Positions 53,872 to 62,581 of a stretch of DNA of 64,000 bases are shown here, in pieces. The DNA comes from Polyangiales bacterium (GTDB lineage: Bacteria > Myxococcota_A > Polyangia > Polyangiales > Houyiibacteriaceae). A model generated the notes under the pieces. It did no database searches. It worked only from the letters and a program-made list of their open reading frames with translations, and was not told where the DNA came from. Made by a program: the position numbers and the translations under genes. The stretch covers positions 96,001-160,000 of the forward strand of contig JBGCFM010000062.1 in NCBI GenBank assembly GCA_045106895.1. Reading direction: 5' to 3'. Numbering within the stretch: position 1 is the first letter of the stretch; every line of letters begins with the position of its first letter.

Positions 53872-55863
53872 ATGGCCTCACTGCTCCCGAAGACGCTGCT
53901 TTCCCGCCTCGTCGTCGTCACAAGCCTGGCGCTCATTGTGGCGATGGGCGTGCTCCTCCAGCAGAGCAGTCGCAGAATCTCGGCCTCCATCGAACGCGGG
54001 GAGCGTGCTCGGCTAGAAGCCATCGCCTCGACGCTAGCACTCGCCATCGACGGTGACGTTCACGAGCGCATCGTGCGTAGCGTCCCGGACCGGATCGACC
54101 GCTGGAACCAGGCCCCCGTCGACCTAAAACGACTTCAAGAGCAGCTAGCGGCGGTTCGTCAGCGAAATGGCCTGACCACCGCCATCGAGACGATCATCGT
54201 CGGCGACACGTCGCGCGTACGGGCCGTGCCCGACCAAACCTGGCCGGGTGCTATGTTGGTCATCGGGTCCAGTCGCTCGAGCCCCACCTTTCGCAGCGCG
54301 ACGTCCTACCGCCCGGCGATGGCCGAAGCGCTGACGGGCAAGGCCTCGGTCACCGAGCCTTACGCCAACCCCTACGGCACCTGGCTCGCCGCCTACGCTC
54401 CGATCACCACTCGCTCGGGCCAGGTCGTGGGCCTCCTCAAGGTCGACACCTCCCTGGACCTGCTCCTCGATGCCGCCACCGATCGGACCCGGCAGCTCGC
54501 GTTCTTCTGCCTCCTCCTCCTCGTCGTGACGCTCAGCGCGATGGTCCTCGCCGTCGCTCAGGTGACACGCACCCTCTCCCAGCTTGGCACCTCGGCCGGC
54601 GGATTCGGTGCCGGCGACTTCGACAGCCCGATCACCGTGAGTCCGTCGTCCGCAGAAGAGGTCCGTCTGCTCGCCCGGGCTCTAGAGGGCGCGCGGCGTC
54701 AGCTGGCGCTCCACCTCAAGGAACGTGCGCGCGCCGCAGAGGAGCTCACGTTGGCTCGCGATCGGGCGGAAGACGCGGCTCAGGTGAAGTCCCAGTTCCT
54801 CGCCAACATGAGCCATGAGCTGCGCACGCCGATGAACGCCATCATCGGCTACAGCGAGATTCTCATCGAAGAAACCGAAGAGTTCGTCGAGCAAACCCCG
54901 GAGATCGCGGCGCTTTTGAACGACCTTCGGAAAATACGTCGTGCGGGCCGACAGCTCCTGGCCTTGGTGAACGACGTTCTCGACCTCTCGAAGGTGGAAG
55001 CCGGGAAGATGAGCGTATTCGCGGAACGCTTCGCCTTGAATGAGCTCTTCGTGGAGCTTCAAGAACTCATGTCCCCAATACTCGAGGAGAATGAGCTGCT
55101 GCTCTCGTGCAAGGAGGAGCTCGTGATGAGCGCGGACCGGAACCGCGTGCGCCAGATCTTGCTGAATCTCTTGGGCAACGCGGCGAAGTTCACGGAGAAG
55201 GGCAAGATCACTCTCAGCGCGGATCTCGACGGTGACACATTGGTTTTCAAGGTCACCGATACAGGTATCGGAATGAGCGCCTCGCAATGCGCGCAGCTCT
55301 TCCAGCCTTTTACCCAAGTGGACACATCCTCAACGCGACGCTACGGCGGAACGGGGCTTGGTCTGGCCTTGTGCAAGGAGTTCACGGAGCTCCTCGGCGG
55401 CACCATCAGTGTGACGAGCGAAGTTGGCGTCGGCTCGGTCTTCCGCGTTGTCTTGCCTCTCGGAATCGCTGCGCCTCGTATCTCCGACACAACGGCGATG
55501 GCCAAATCCGTGTGGCTCTTTTACATGGACGCGCCGACGACGGAACTCGTCGACCGTGGCCTCGCCTCACCCGGGCTGCGCATCGTCGACGGACTCAACA
55601 GCATCGCCGAGGAAAAGGGTCCCGATGTGCTTCTCATCGACCTGGATGCAGGCGAGACCGCTGACTGGTCGCGCTTGAGCGACGCCAGCGAAGAGCACCC
55701 CTCGGCGGAGCGAATCGTGTTTTCAGAGGGCGATGTCCGCGCCGCGGCCAAAGCCGCCCAGGTTCACTTTATCCGTAAACCTGTCGACTTGGAGCGGCTA
55801 CGTACTTTGATCGCGGATCTCACAGAGCCTTCCATCGAAGCCCCGAAGACCGGCCTCAACTAG
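53872..55863 (+). CDS. Membrane hybrid sensor histidine kinase (periplasmic sensor, HAMP, HisKA, HATPase, degenerate receiver)
   Basis: Two TM helices; FLANMSHELRTPMNAI; NLLGNAAKFT; DTGIG; GGTGLGL; C-terminal PDVLLID..KP. Confidence 0.93.
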   Translation: MASLLPKTLLSRLVVVTSLALIVAMGVLLQQSSRRISASIERGERARLEAIASTLALAIDGDVHERIVRSVPDRIDRWNQAPVDLKRLQEQLAAVRQRNGLTTAIETIIVGDTSRVRAVPDQTWPGAMLVIGSSRSSPTFRSATSYRPAMAEALTGKASVTEPYANPYGTWLAAYAPITTRSGQVVGLLKVDTSLDLLLDAATDRTRQLAFFCLLLLVVTLSAMVLAVAQVTRTLSQLGTSAGGFGAGDFDSPITVSPSSAEEVRLLARALEGARRQLALHLKERARAAEELTLARDRAEDAAQVKSQFLANMSHELRTPMNAIIGYSEILIEETEEFVEQTPEIAALLNDLRKIRRAGRQLLALVNDVLDLSKVEAGKMSVFAERFALNELFVELQELMSPILEENELLLSCKEELVMSADRNRVRQILLNLLGNAAKFTEKGKITLSADLDGDTLVFKVTDTGIGMSASQCAQLFQPFTQVDTSSTRRYGGTGLGLALCKEFTELLGGTISVTSEVGVGSVFRVVLPLGIAAPRISDTTAMAKSVWLFYMDAPTTELVDRGLASPGLRIVDGLNSIAEEKGPDVLLIDLDAGETADWSRLSDASEEHPSAERIVFSEGDVRAAAKAAQVHFIRKPVDLERLRTLIADLTEPSIEAPKTGLN

Positions 55864-56162
55864 TTGACGCGGATGGTCGCGCTACCACGTGGCGCGGCCC
55901 GACGACGATTGCGCCGGCGCGTCGTGCGACGACGGGGAGCGGCGCGACGTCGAGCGGGGCGCCGACGAGCGCGACGGGCCGGCTGACGGCGTCCACCGCG
56001 GACAACAACGCCACGGCGACGGGGGCGTCGTGGGCCTTGCGCGCGGACGATGCACCCGCTGCCGAAGAAGGCCATAAACGCCATCGCGAGCATGGCGAAG
56101 AACGAACGGCGGCTACCGCTCGCTGACTCAAGAGAGTCGATCGAATCGTTTTCGTTGTTCAC
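55860..56162 (-). CDS. Small Arg-rich putative Tat lipoprotein
   Basis: SRRSFF twin-arginine motif, hydrophobic stretch, FGSG-C lipobox, very Arg-rich mature part; fills the gap between HK and FadL-like genes. Confidence 0.55.
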   Translation of the reverse strand: MNNENDSIDSLESASGSRRSFFAMLAMAFMAFFGSGCIVRAQGPRRPRRRGVVVRGGRRQPARRARRRPARRRAAPRRRTTRRRNRRRAAPRGSATIRVN

Positions 56163-56228
56163 GTACTCAGAATGGCAGATTGATTTCTGAGTGTAAACAG
56201 TGGGGGTTTTCCGCGATTTCGCCCGGTG

Positions 56229-57575
56229 TTATTCGATATCGACGGTCGCCGACACGGACACAAACCAGCTGTCGACGTCGTACGTTCCTGGGCATCCACC
56301 GCCGGCGACGAGATCTCCGGGTTGGCCTCGTGGGCGCTGTGACTCAGGCACGCAGTAAGCGCTCGGCTGTTCGATGGTGTGCGCGGGGCCGCCCCCCCAG
56401 CCGATGCCGAGGTCGAGTGTCATTGGATCGGCGTGAAAGCCAATGCCCCCGTAAAACCCATACTGAACCCCTGGTGGTGGGGAGAACGAGGTCATGGTCT
56501 CTGGGTTCGTTGCGGAACGGCCGAAGGTCATGCCTAGTCGCAAGGGCATCCCTGTTCGCAAGAGGATCTCTGCACCGAGGGTACCGACGTACGCGTTCTT
56601 CCATTTGAGGTCCGCGACGGTCCGGTTCTCCAGGTCTCCGGTGCTCTCGAACACTTGTTGTTGATTCGCCGTGGAGTGCATCTGAACTTTGAACTCCGCC
56701 GCGAGAAGCAGACGGCGCTGAAAGAACGTGTGCGACACACCCACCCTGAACATGTGCGGCACTTGCCAAGCCGTCGTGGTCTGGAGCCGCACCTGGTTGC
56801 CAAACACCTCCGTGTTGGTTGTTCCGGCCATTTCAATGCTGACCTTGGAGCGGTACGCAGCCGCGATGGAGAGGTCAGCGGTCGGTCGGTAGGTCATGCC
56901 GACGAGCACACCCGGTTGCCCGACACCCGACACGTTCTGTTCCGCGTTCGTGAACACACCAAACGCCTCCTGCGTTGCGCTCACGGTCTGCTGCGCCCAC
57001 GGAATTCGCAGAGAGGCACCCAGGGAGAGGTTCGGCGCAAGGGACACCTGAGCAGACAGAGAAAGCTCGGTGACAAAAAGCCGAACGGACTGATCCTGAG
57101 GCGGAACGAGCAGGCCGCGGTAGTCAGCGTTGTCGCAATCCGGATGCGCCCCCGCCACGGCGCTTTGGTACGAGATGCACCCCACGTCGTTGAACCCACC
57201 GCCGAACCCCGTGTAGACGTAGGCAGCGAAGCCAAGAGTGACATCCTCCACAACCTCGCCAGCGGCCCCAACGAAGAAAAGCGGCGCGAGGATAATACCC
57301 GAGTTTTGCTCGGTGCCGGGGCCCGCGAAAGGAGCCTCGAGGTTAACCAGGAGCGTGGTCAGGACAAAGGTCGCGGAGAAACTCCCGACCTGATCCAGCT
57401 GCGCGGGGTTGTGGTAAATCGCCGCAGCGTTGTCGACGGTGGTCAGCGCGATGCCGCCCATTCCGGCCACACGCGCGTCGTAGGTCGCTGGAGGTTCTGG
57501 GTTCGCCCGGGCAATAGGAGTGGTGACAGCCGCGAAAGCGACACCCATCAACGTCATCCAGGCGAGTTCCCTCAT
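56229..57575 (-). CDS. OmpP1/FadL family outer-membrane transporter
   Basis: Signal peptide; ARVAGMGG..DNAAAIYHNPAQL; AAYRSKV; WKNAY..GAE; LRLG. Confidence 0.8.
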   Translation of the reverse strand: MRELAWMTLMGVAFAAVTTPIARANPEPPATYDARVAGMGGIALTTVDNAAAIYHNPAQLDQVGSFSATFVLTTLLVNLEAPFAGPGTEQNSGIILAPLFFVGAAGEVVEDVTLGFAAYVYTGFGGGFNDVGCISYQSAVAGAHPDCDNADYRGLLVPPQDQSVRLFVTELSLSAQVSLAPNLSLGASLRIPWAQQTVSATQEAFGVFTNAEQNVSGVGQPGVLVGMTYRPTADLSIAAAYRSKVSIEMAGTTNTEVFGNQVRLQTTTAWQVPHMFRVGVSHTFFQRRLLLAAEFKVQMHSTANQQQVFESTGDLENRTVADLKWKNAYVGTLGAEILLRTGMPLRLGMTFGRSATNPETMTSFSPPPGVQYGFYGGIGFHADPMTLDLGIGWGGGPAHTIEQPSAYCVPESQRPRGQPGDLVAGGGCPGTYDVDSWFVSVSATVDIE

Positions 57576-57693
57576 ACCCCGATGCTATGCGCTTGCTCTG
57601 CTTTTCGAGAAACTTTCGCACCCTTTTTGGTGAACCGTCCGGAAGTCCGTCTGAACTGGCCCCAAAAGCGCGCCAACCGTCCCCCCGCGAGGC

Positions 57694-58242
57694 TCAGGAG
57701 AGCAGGCGGCGTGCGGCGCGATGGACGTGAGCGACCACGTCGTCTTGAGTCGCATAGAGACCGCTCGTCCATCCGATGAGGGAGGCGAACCAGACTTGCT
57801 GCAAGATCGTCGCGACGGCCTCCAGCTCCTCGTCGTCGGGCGAGTCGTCTCCGGCGATGGCCTTCATGAGCAGCCGCGTGGTGTGTTTCTGAAGACCCAG
57901 GACGTGAACCGCGATGTCCCCGCCGCCCACCAGAGAACGAAGAACCGCGCGGGCCAAATTCGGTCGAGCCAGGAAGGCCGCCGTCGCGTGCACAAAAAAG
58001 TACTCAGCTCGCGCTCGAGGCGTGCTGCCCTCGACACCTTGGCTCATCGACTCGAAAAGTCGCTCCCCTTCGGCGGCCATCACAGCGACGAGAATCTCTT
58101 CCTTGCTCGCAAAGCGGTTGTAGACCGTGCCGAGGGCGACTCCGGCTTTCGTCGCGATGTCTCGCAAACGAACCGCCGCGTAGCCATTCTGCTCAGCGAG
58201 TTCGATGGCCGTATCGACGATTCGTTGGGCTCGTTCATCCAC
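57694..58242 (-). CDS. TetR family regulator (KstR-like)
   Basis: RIVDTAIELAEQNGYAAVRLRDIATKAGVALGTVYNRFASKEEIL; QQVWFASLIGW. Confidence 0.9.
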   Translation of the reverse strand: MDERAQRIVDTAIELAEQNGYAAVRLRDIATKAGVALGTVYNRFASKEEILVAVMAAEGERLFESMSQGVEGSTPRARAEYFFVHATAAFLARPNLARAVLRSLVGGGDIAVHVLGLQKHTTRLLMKAIAGDDSPDDEELEAVATILQQVWFASLIGWTSGLYATQDDVVAHVHRAARRLLS

Positions 58243-58294
58243 GGGGCGTACCTACCACACTTGTGCCTCGCTGGACCGCGCCGGAGCGCCCGAA

Positions 58295-58492
58295 TCAGGG
58301 CCCCGTGAGAGAACCGAAGCCATCCGCGGCCCAATTCGCCAGACTTGAGCCAGTCTGAGAGAGAAAGAGCCAGACCATAAAGAGAGCGACCACGCCAAAG
58401 CGAAGCGCAAGTCGCAGAATAAAACGCCCATCGCGCTTTTGTAGCCCTTGGGCGAGTTCATCCGTCTCTACTGGGTGGCTTGGCTCGCTCAC
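58295..58492 (-). CDS. Small single-TM hypothetical protein
   Basis: 65 aa; one TM helix; CATGCT 6 nt before the GTG. Confidence 0.45.
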   Translation of the reverse strand: MSEPSHPVETDELAQGLQKRDGRFILRLALRFGVVALFMVWLFLSQTGSSLANWAADGFGSLTGP

Positions 58493-58644
58493 CCCTGGAG
58501 CATGTGGCCCGCGCCGCTCCGTGCCAAGGCGAGAAATAGGCGCTTGTTGGTGGGCGGCGACTGCTTTTGCGAGGGTCGAGGGGTCGAAAAGCTAGTCACA
58601 TTCCCCGATTCATGGCAGGGTCCGGACCGATTCTCGGAGGATCT

Positions 58645-59901
58645 ATGACGACGAAATTGACCATGCCTCAGCTCGGCGAAAGCGTCGTAGAAGGCACCAT
58701 CGGCAAATGGCTGGTAGCAGAAGGCGAGCGTGTCGAAAAAGACCAACCGCTCGTCGAAATCCTAACGGACAAGGCGGACACGGAAGTGCCCTCACCAGTC
58801 GCTGGTGTTGTCTCCAATCTTCAAGGCGCTGAGGACGACATCGTCGCAGTCGGCGACCTGCTTTGCGAGATTGACGAGAACGCGAGCGGTGGCACGAGCG
58901 CGGCGAAATCGGACGAAAGCGACGACGAAGAGGTCACGCGAAGCGGGGAAGCGCCAAGCTCCCCGTCCGTTCGAAAGCTCGCACGTGAACAGGGGGTCGA
59001 GCTCTCGGCGGTGCGCGGCACCGGAGACGGCGGCCGGATCACGTCCGAAGATGTCCTCCTCGCCGCAACGGAGCGCGACGAGACCGTCGAACGCAAGGCC
59101 CCGGCGGAGAAGCCGAAACAAGCTCCTCGTCCAGCCACACCGCCACCCGCTGCGGCCCCTCGAGCGACGAGCGCGTTCCGCGTGCCGCCGTACCGCCCGG
59201 CGGATGGAGATGAAGTTGTCCCGTTCACGCGACGACGCCGAATCATCGCCGACCACATGATCTACTCGAAGGCGACCTCCCCCGAGGTGGTCACCTTCGC
59301 CGAGTGCGACCTCCACGCGACGGCTCGCATTCGCGACGCTCACAAGGGTCAGTACAAGAAGGAAGGCCTTGGCCTCAGCTACCTGAGCTTTGTTGTGCAT
59401 GCCACGGCTCGCGCACTCCGCGAGTTCCCGGAGCTCAACGCCCGCGTTCTCGACGATGCCTTCGTCAAGCTCCGCGCCGTCAACCTCGGCATCGCCGTGG
59501 ACACCCCCCAGGGCCTCGTTGTCCCAGTGATCAAGAACGCCGACGACCTCACGGTCCGGGGTCTTGTCCGCGCCATCGCAGACATCGCCGAGCGAGCACG
59601 CGACAACAAGCTCACGCCAGATGACCTTGGCGGCAAGACCTTCAGCATCTCCAACCCAGGCCGCAAGGGCAACCTCGTCGGTGGCGCGATCATCTCGCAG
59701 CCGAACGTTGGCATCCTTCGACTCGGCACCATCAAGAAGCGCCCAGTCGTCGTTGAGCGCGACGGGGAGGACTTCATCGCGATTCATCCTGTGATGCACA
59801 TGGCGCTCACCTACGACCACCGCGTCGTCGATGGGGTACACGCCAACGGCTTCCTCTACCGCATCAGCGAGATCCTTGAGCAGGGCGACTTCGAAGTCTG
59901 A
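58645..59901 (+). CDS. 2-oxo-acid dehydrogenase E2 (dihydrolipoamide acyltransferase)
   Basis: Lipoyl domain MPQLGESVVEG..TDKA; E3-binding SPSVRKLA..GTGDGGRI; catalytic YDHRVVDG; GGAGG RBS. Confidence 0.95.
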   Translation: MTTKLTMPQLGESVVEGTIGKWLVAEGERVEKDQPLVEILTDKADTEVPSPVAGVVSNLQGAEDDIVAVGDLLCEIDENASGGTSAAKSDESDDEEVTRSGEAPSSPSVRKLAREQGVELSAVRGTGDGGRITSEDVLLAATERDETVERKAPAEKPKQAPRPATPPPAAAPRATSAFRVPPYRPADGDEVVPFTRRRRIIADHMIYSKATSPEVVTFAECDLHATARIRDAHKGQYKKEGLGLSYLSFVVHATARALREFPELNARVLDDAFVKLRAVNLGIAVDTPQGLVVPVIKNADDLTVRGLVRAIADIAERARDNKLTPDDLGGKTFSISNPGRKGNLVGGAIISQPNVGILRLGTIKKRPVVVERDGEDFIAIHPVMHMALTYDHRVVDGVHANGFLYRISEILEQGDFEV

Positions 59902-59919
59902 CCCGCTTCGGGCTCAGCT

Positions 59920-59949
59920 AAAACGGCGGCTCTTAGGGCCGCCGTTTTT
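59920..59949. terminator. Bidirectional intrinsic terminator
   Basis: AAAACGGCGGCTC-TTA-GGGCCGCCGTTTTT between convergent genes. Confidence 0.9.
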
Positions 59950-59951
59950 CG

Positions 59952-61517
59952 TTAAAAGCCGGGGCTGTACTGCAGGGTGTAAAGGTTGCCGCCGTCGCTG
60001 TCGGCGCCGTCGATGAGGATCAGATCGGTCTCACGATCGGGGTTCCATCGAATTTCGGTCCGGTTCCCGGACGCAGCGCCGTCACACTGCCGAGCGCCGC
60101 GGTTGCACTGCCGGTAGCGAGCGACGGAGTGACCGAAGTCGTCCGACCAGGAGCGAACACGTACTTCTTCGTTTGGTGTCGTCACGTTGAAGAAGTGCTC
60201 GCGGCGCATGAAACCGTTGCTGATGCAGCCGTTGAAGTAGAACGCGCTTGCACTAGCGGAGATCGAGCCGACGACGGAACCGCCGGCGCTGATGTCCATC
60301 TGGTCTCCGCACATATTCCCCTGGGAGGCGACGGAACTTACGTTCAAGACCCAGTTGGCGCCCGAGGTGTCGTCAAAGCGCGTGAGCAGAATGTACACCC
60401 GGCTTAGGCCTGGTGCGTCGCCAAGCCCTCGGAGAAAGAGCCGGCTCTGACGGTTGTCCCCGTCGATATCGTCGTTGCAGCCTCGTCCCGCAAAGTTCCA
60501 GTCTCCGCACTCATCGGTGACGGCGAGGATGGTATCGGCGGTGCTGCCTACGGTGTCGATGATGTAGTCGCGGCCTGCCTCAAGATCCAAAGCGAACACA
60601 ACATCTGCCCGACGCGAGTTCGAACATTCTTGGTCGTAGTCAGCGTTGTACACTCCAAAGTCGCCGCTCACGGTCACGGGCCCGGACCCCGGAGCCGCGA
60701 GAAGCTGCGCGGTGTCGCAGGTGTCCGGAATCGTCGGTGGGTCGCATCCATCCGTGACGTCGCCATCGCAGTCCTGGTCGATGTCGTCGCAGATCTCCAT
60801 AGCGCCAGGAAAGATGTCGGGGTTGGTGTCATCACAGTCGACCTGTGCACAACTCGGAGTGGGGCTGAACGTATCTCCGTCCATGTCCACGATCTCGTTG
60901 ACGCACATCAGCGCTTCGGCGTCACACGTGTCGACGGTGCACTCGTCACCGTCCGAGCAGTCTGTCGCTGAGCCGCCTTGGCAGCCGTCCGCTGTGCAAA
61001 CAGCGCCCTGGAAACAGAAGCCATCGTCGCAGAGTGCGTTGTTCGGGGTGTACACGCATCCCGTCTCAGCGCAGCTGTCGACGGTGCAAGGAACGCCGTC
61101 GTCGCACGCAGCATCATCGGAGCGTGACTCGCACAGACCTGTCATGTCGTTGCAGCGCTCCATCGTGCAGTCGATGCCGTCATCGCAGACCACCGGCGTG
61201 CCCTCGGCGCAGCGGCCGCCTTCACACGTCTCGACTCCGTTGCACGCGAGTCCATCGTCGCAGTTGGCGTCTGAGGTGCAACTCGCATCCACGCAGCCCA
61301 TCAGCATGTCGCAGCGCTCCGAATCCGCGCATTGAGCGTTGTCTCGTTCGTTGACGCAGACGGTCCCATCACAGCGGTCGACGGTGCACGCCACCCCGTC
61401 GTCGCAATCCGTGGCGCACCCCATGGGTGTGCCGGGCTCGCCAAGGAGCGAAGGGTCAGGGTTGACGACGGCGGAGCAGCCGACGGAGAGCACGAGAGTG
61501 AGCAGTACGCGCTTCAT
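59952..61517 (-). CDS. Cys-rich surface lipoprotein with CDDGxxCTxDxC repeats and MopE-like metal-binding repeat
   Basis: Lipobox LSVGC; repeated CDDGVACTVDRC units; DCDDTNPDIFPGAMEICDDIDQDCDG; two beta-rich C-terminal domains. Confidence 0.8.
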   Translation of the reverse strand: MKRVLLTLVLSVGCSAVVNPDPSLLGEPGTPMGCATDCDDGVACTVDRCDGTVCVNERDNAQCADSERCDMLMGCVDASCTSDANCDDGLACNGVETCEGGRCAEGTPVVCDDGIDCTMERCNDMTGLCESRSDDAACDDGVPCTVDSCAETGCVYTPNNALCDDGFCFQGAVCTADGCQGGSATDCSDGDECTVDTCDAEALMCVNEIVDMDGDTFSPTPSCAQVDCDDTNPDIFPGAMEICDDIDQDCDGDVTDGCDPPTIPDTCDTAQLLAAPGSGPVTVSGDFGVYNADYDQECSNSRRADVVFALDLEAGRDYIIDTVGSTADTILAVTDECGDWNFAGRGCNDDIDGDNRQSRLFLRGLGDAPGLSRVYILLTRFDDTSGANWVLNVSSVASQGNMCGDQMDISAGGSVVGSISASASAFYFNGCISNGFMRREHFFNVTTPNEEVRVRSWSDDFGHSVARYRQCNRGARQCDGAASGNRTEIRWNPDRETDLILIDGADSDGGNLYTLQYSPGF

Positions 61518-62545
61518 TAGAAACTCCCCTGCAGCTGAAGCCCGACACGTTCCGGCGACACGGTGGGTGAGAGCGTTGTCCGAGCCACGTCTTCGTCGTC
61601 ATCACTGTTCCTCGAGAGCAGGAGGAACACCACCGTCGCCCCGCCGGCGACCAAAGCACCGACGCCGAGAATGTCTGCCACGAGGGCGCGCCCGTTCGCC
61701 TTCGCTTCTGCGTCGAGGCCTCGTTGACGGGCCTCCGCGCGTTCCATCCGACTCAACATTGGGTTGTTGGAGTCTTCCACCGCCTCGTCGAAGGAGGAGT
61801 TCGAGCTGATCGCCATGAGTCCGACGACGAGCGCGCTCACTCCCAATACCGCGGTCGCGCCTCCAGCGATGAGAACGGGTGTCGTCAGACGAACGCCGCC
61901 GCCGCTTTCCTCTTCTTCAAGGGGCTCGTCAACCACGGTCGTGCCAACGCCGACGTCCACACCAACGGCGGCCGCTTCCAAGTAGATCGGAAGCTCCCTC
62001 CGCGCGCCGCCTTCGATTTCGATGCGCTCTTCGTAGGGGGTGTGGCCGGGGCGTGTCGCTCGGATGGTGTGGGTTCCGGCGCTGAGTTTGATGCCATCCA
62101 GGATCGGAGCCGTCAGCGTGGTCTCGTCATCGATGGTCACCGTCGTTCCCTCGGGTTCGATATCGAAGAACACCTCACCGACCTGTTGCTGAAGCCGCGC
62201 GATGGCGGCACGTACTTCTCGCTCCTGGGCCGGATCTGGATTTTCTGCCTCGATCAAGAAGCGTTCAAAGTGGTTGAGGGCCTCCACCGGGCGTCCGAGG
62301 CCCTCGTAGCAATTGGCCATGTTGACACGCACGCTCGGGTGCGGAGCGATGCGATAAGCAGCCTGAAACGACTCGAGGGCCTCTGCGTAACTGCGAGCCG
62401 CATAAGACTCGACGCCGCTCTGGAAGGCGGCGCGGGCCGCGTCTCGATCTTGGGCCAGCGATGGGGACGCGATGAGCGAACCGAAAAGCAGGGCGACGGC
62501 AGCGAGCAGGCATCGACGCGCGGACATACCAAAGATAAGTGTCAT
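61517..62545 (-). CDS. TPR + PEGA domain protein with two C-terminal hydrophobic helices
   Basis: Signal peptide; ARAAFQSG..YAEALESFQAAYRIAPHP TPR; EPEGTTVTID..LSAGTHTIRATRPGH PEGA; ends LSPTVSPERVGLQLQGSF. Confidence 0.85.
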   Translation of the reverse strand: MTLIFGMSARRCLLAAVALLFGSLIASPSLAQDRDAARAAFQSGVESYAARSYAEALESFQAAYRIAPHPSVRVNMANCYEGLGRPVEALNHFERFLIEAENPDPAQEREVRAAIARLQQQVGEVFFDIEPEGTTVTIDDETTLTAPILDGIKLSAGTHTIRATRPGHTPYEERIEIEGGARRELPIYLEAAAVGVDVGVGTTVVDEPLEEEESGGGVRLTTPVLIAGGATAVLGVSALVVGLMAISSNSSFDEAVEDSNNPMLSRMERAEARQRGLDAEAKANGRALVADILGVGALVAGGATVVFLLLSRNSDDDEDVARTTLSPTVSPERVGLQLQGSF

Positions 62546-62581
62546 TCCCACAGGATAAGGGGACGACCGGCGCCGTACAAA

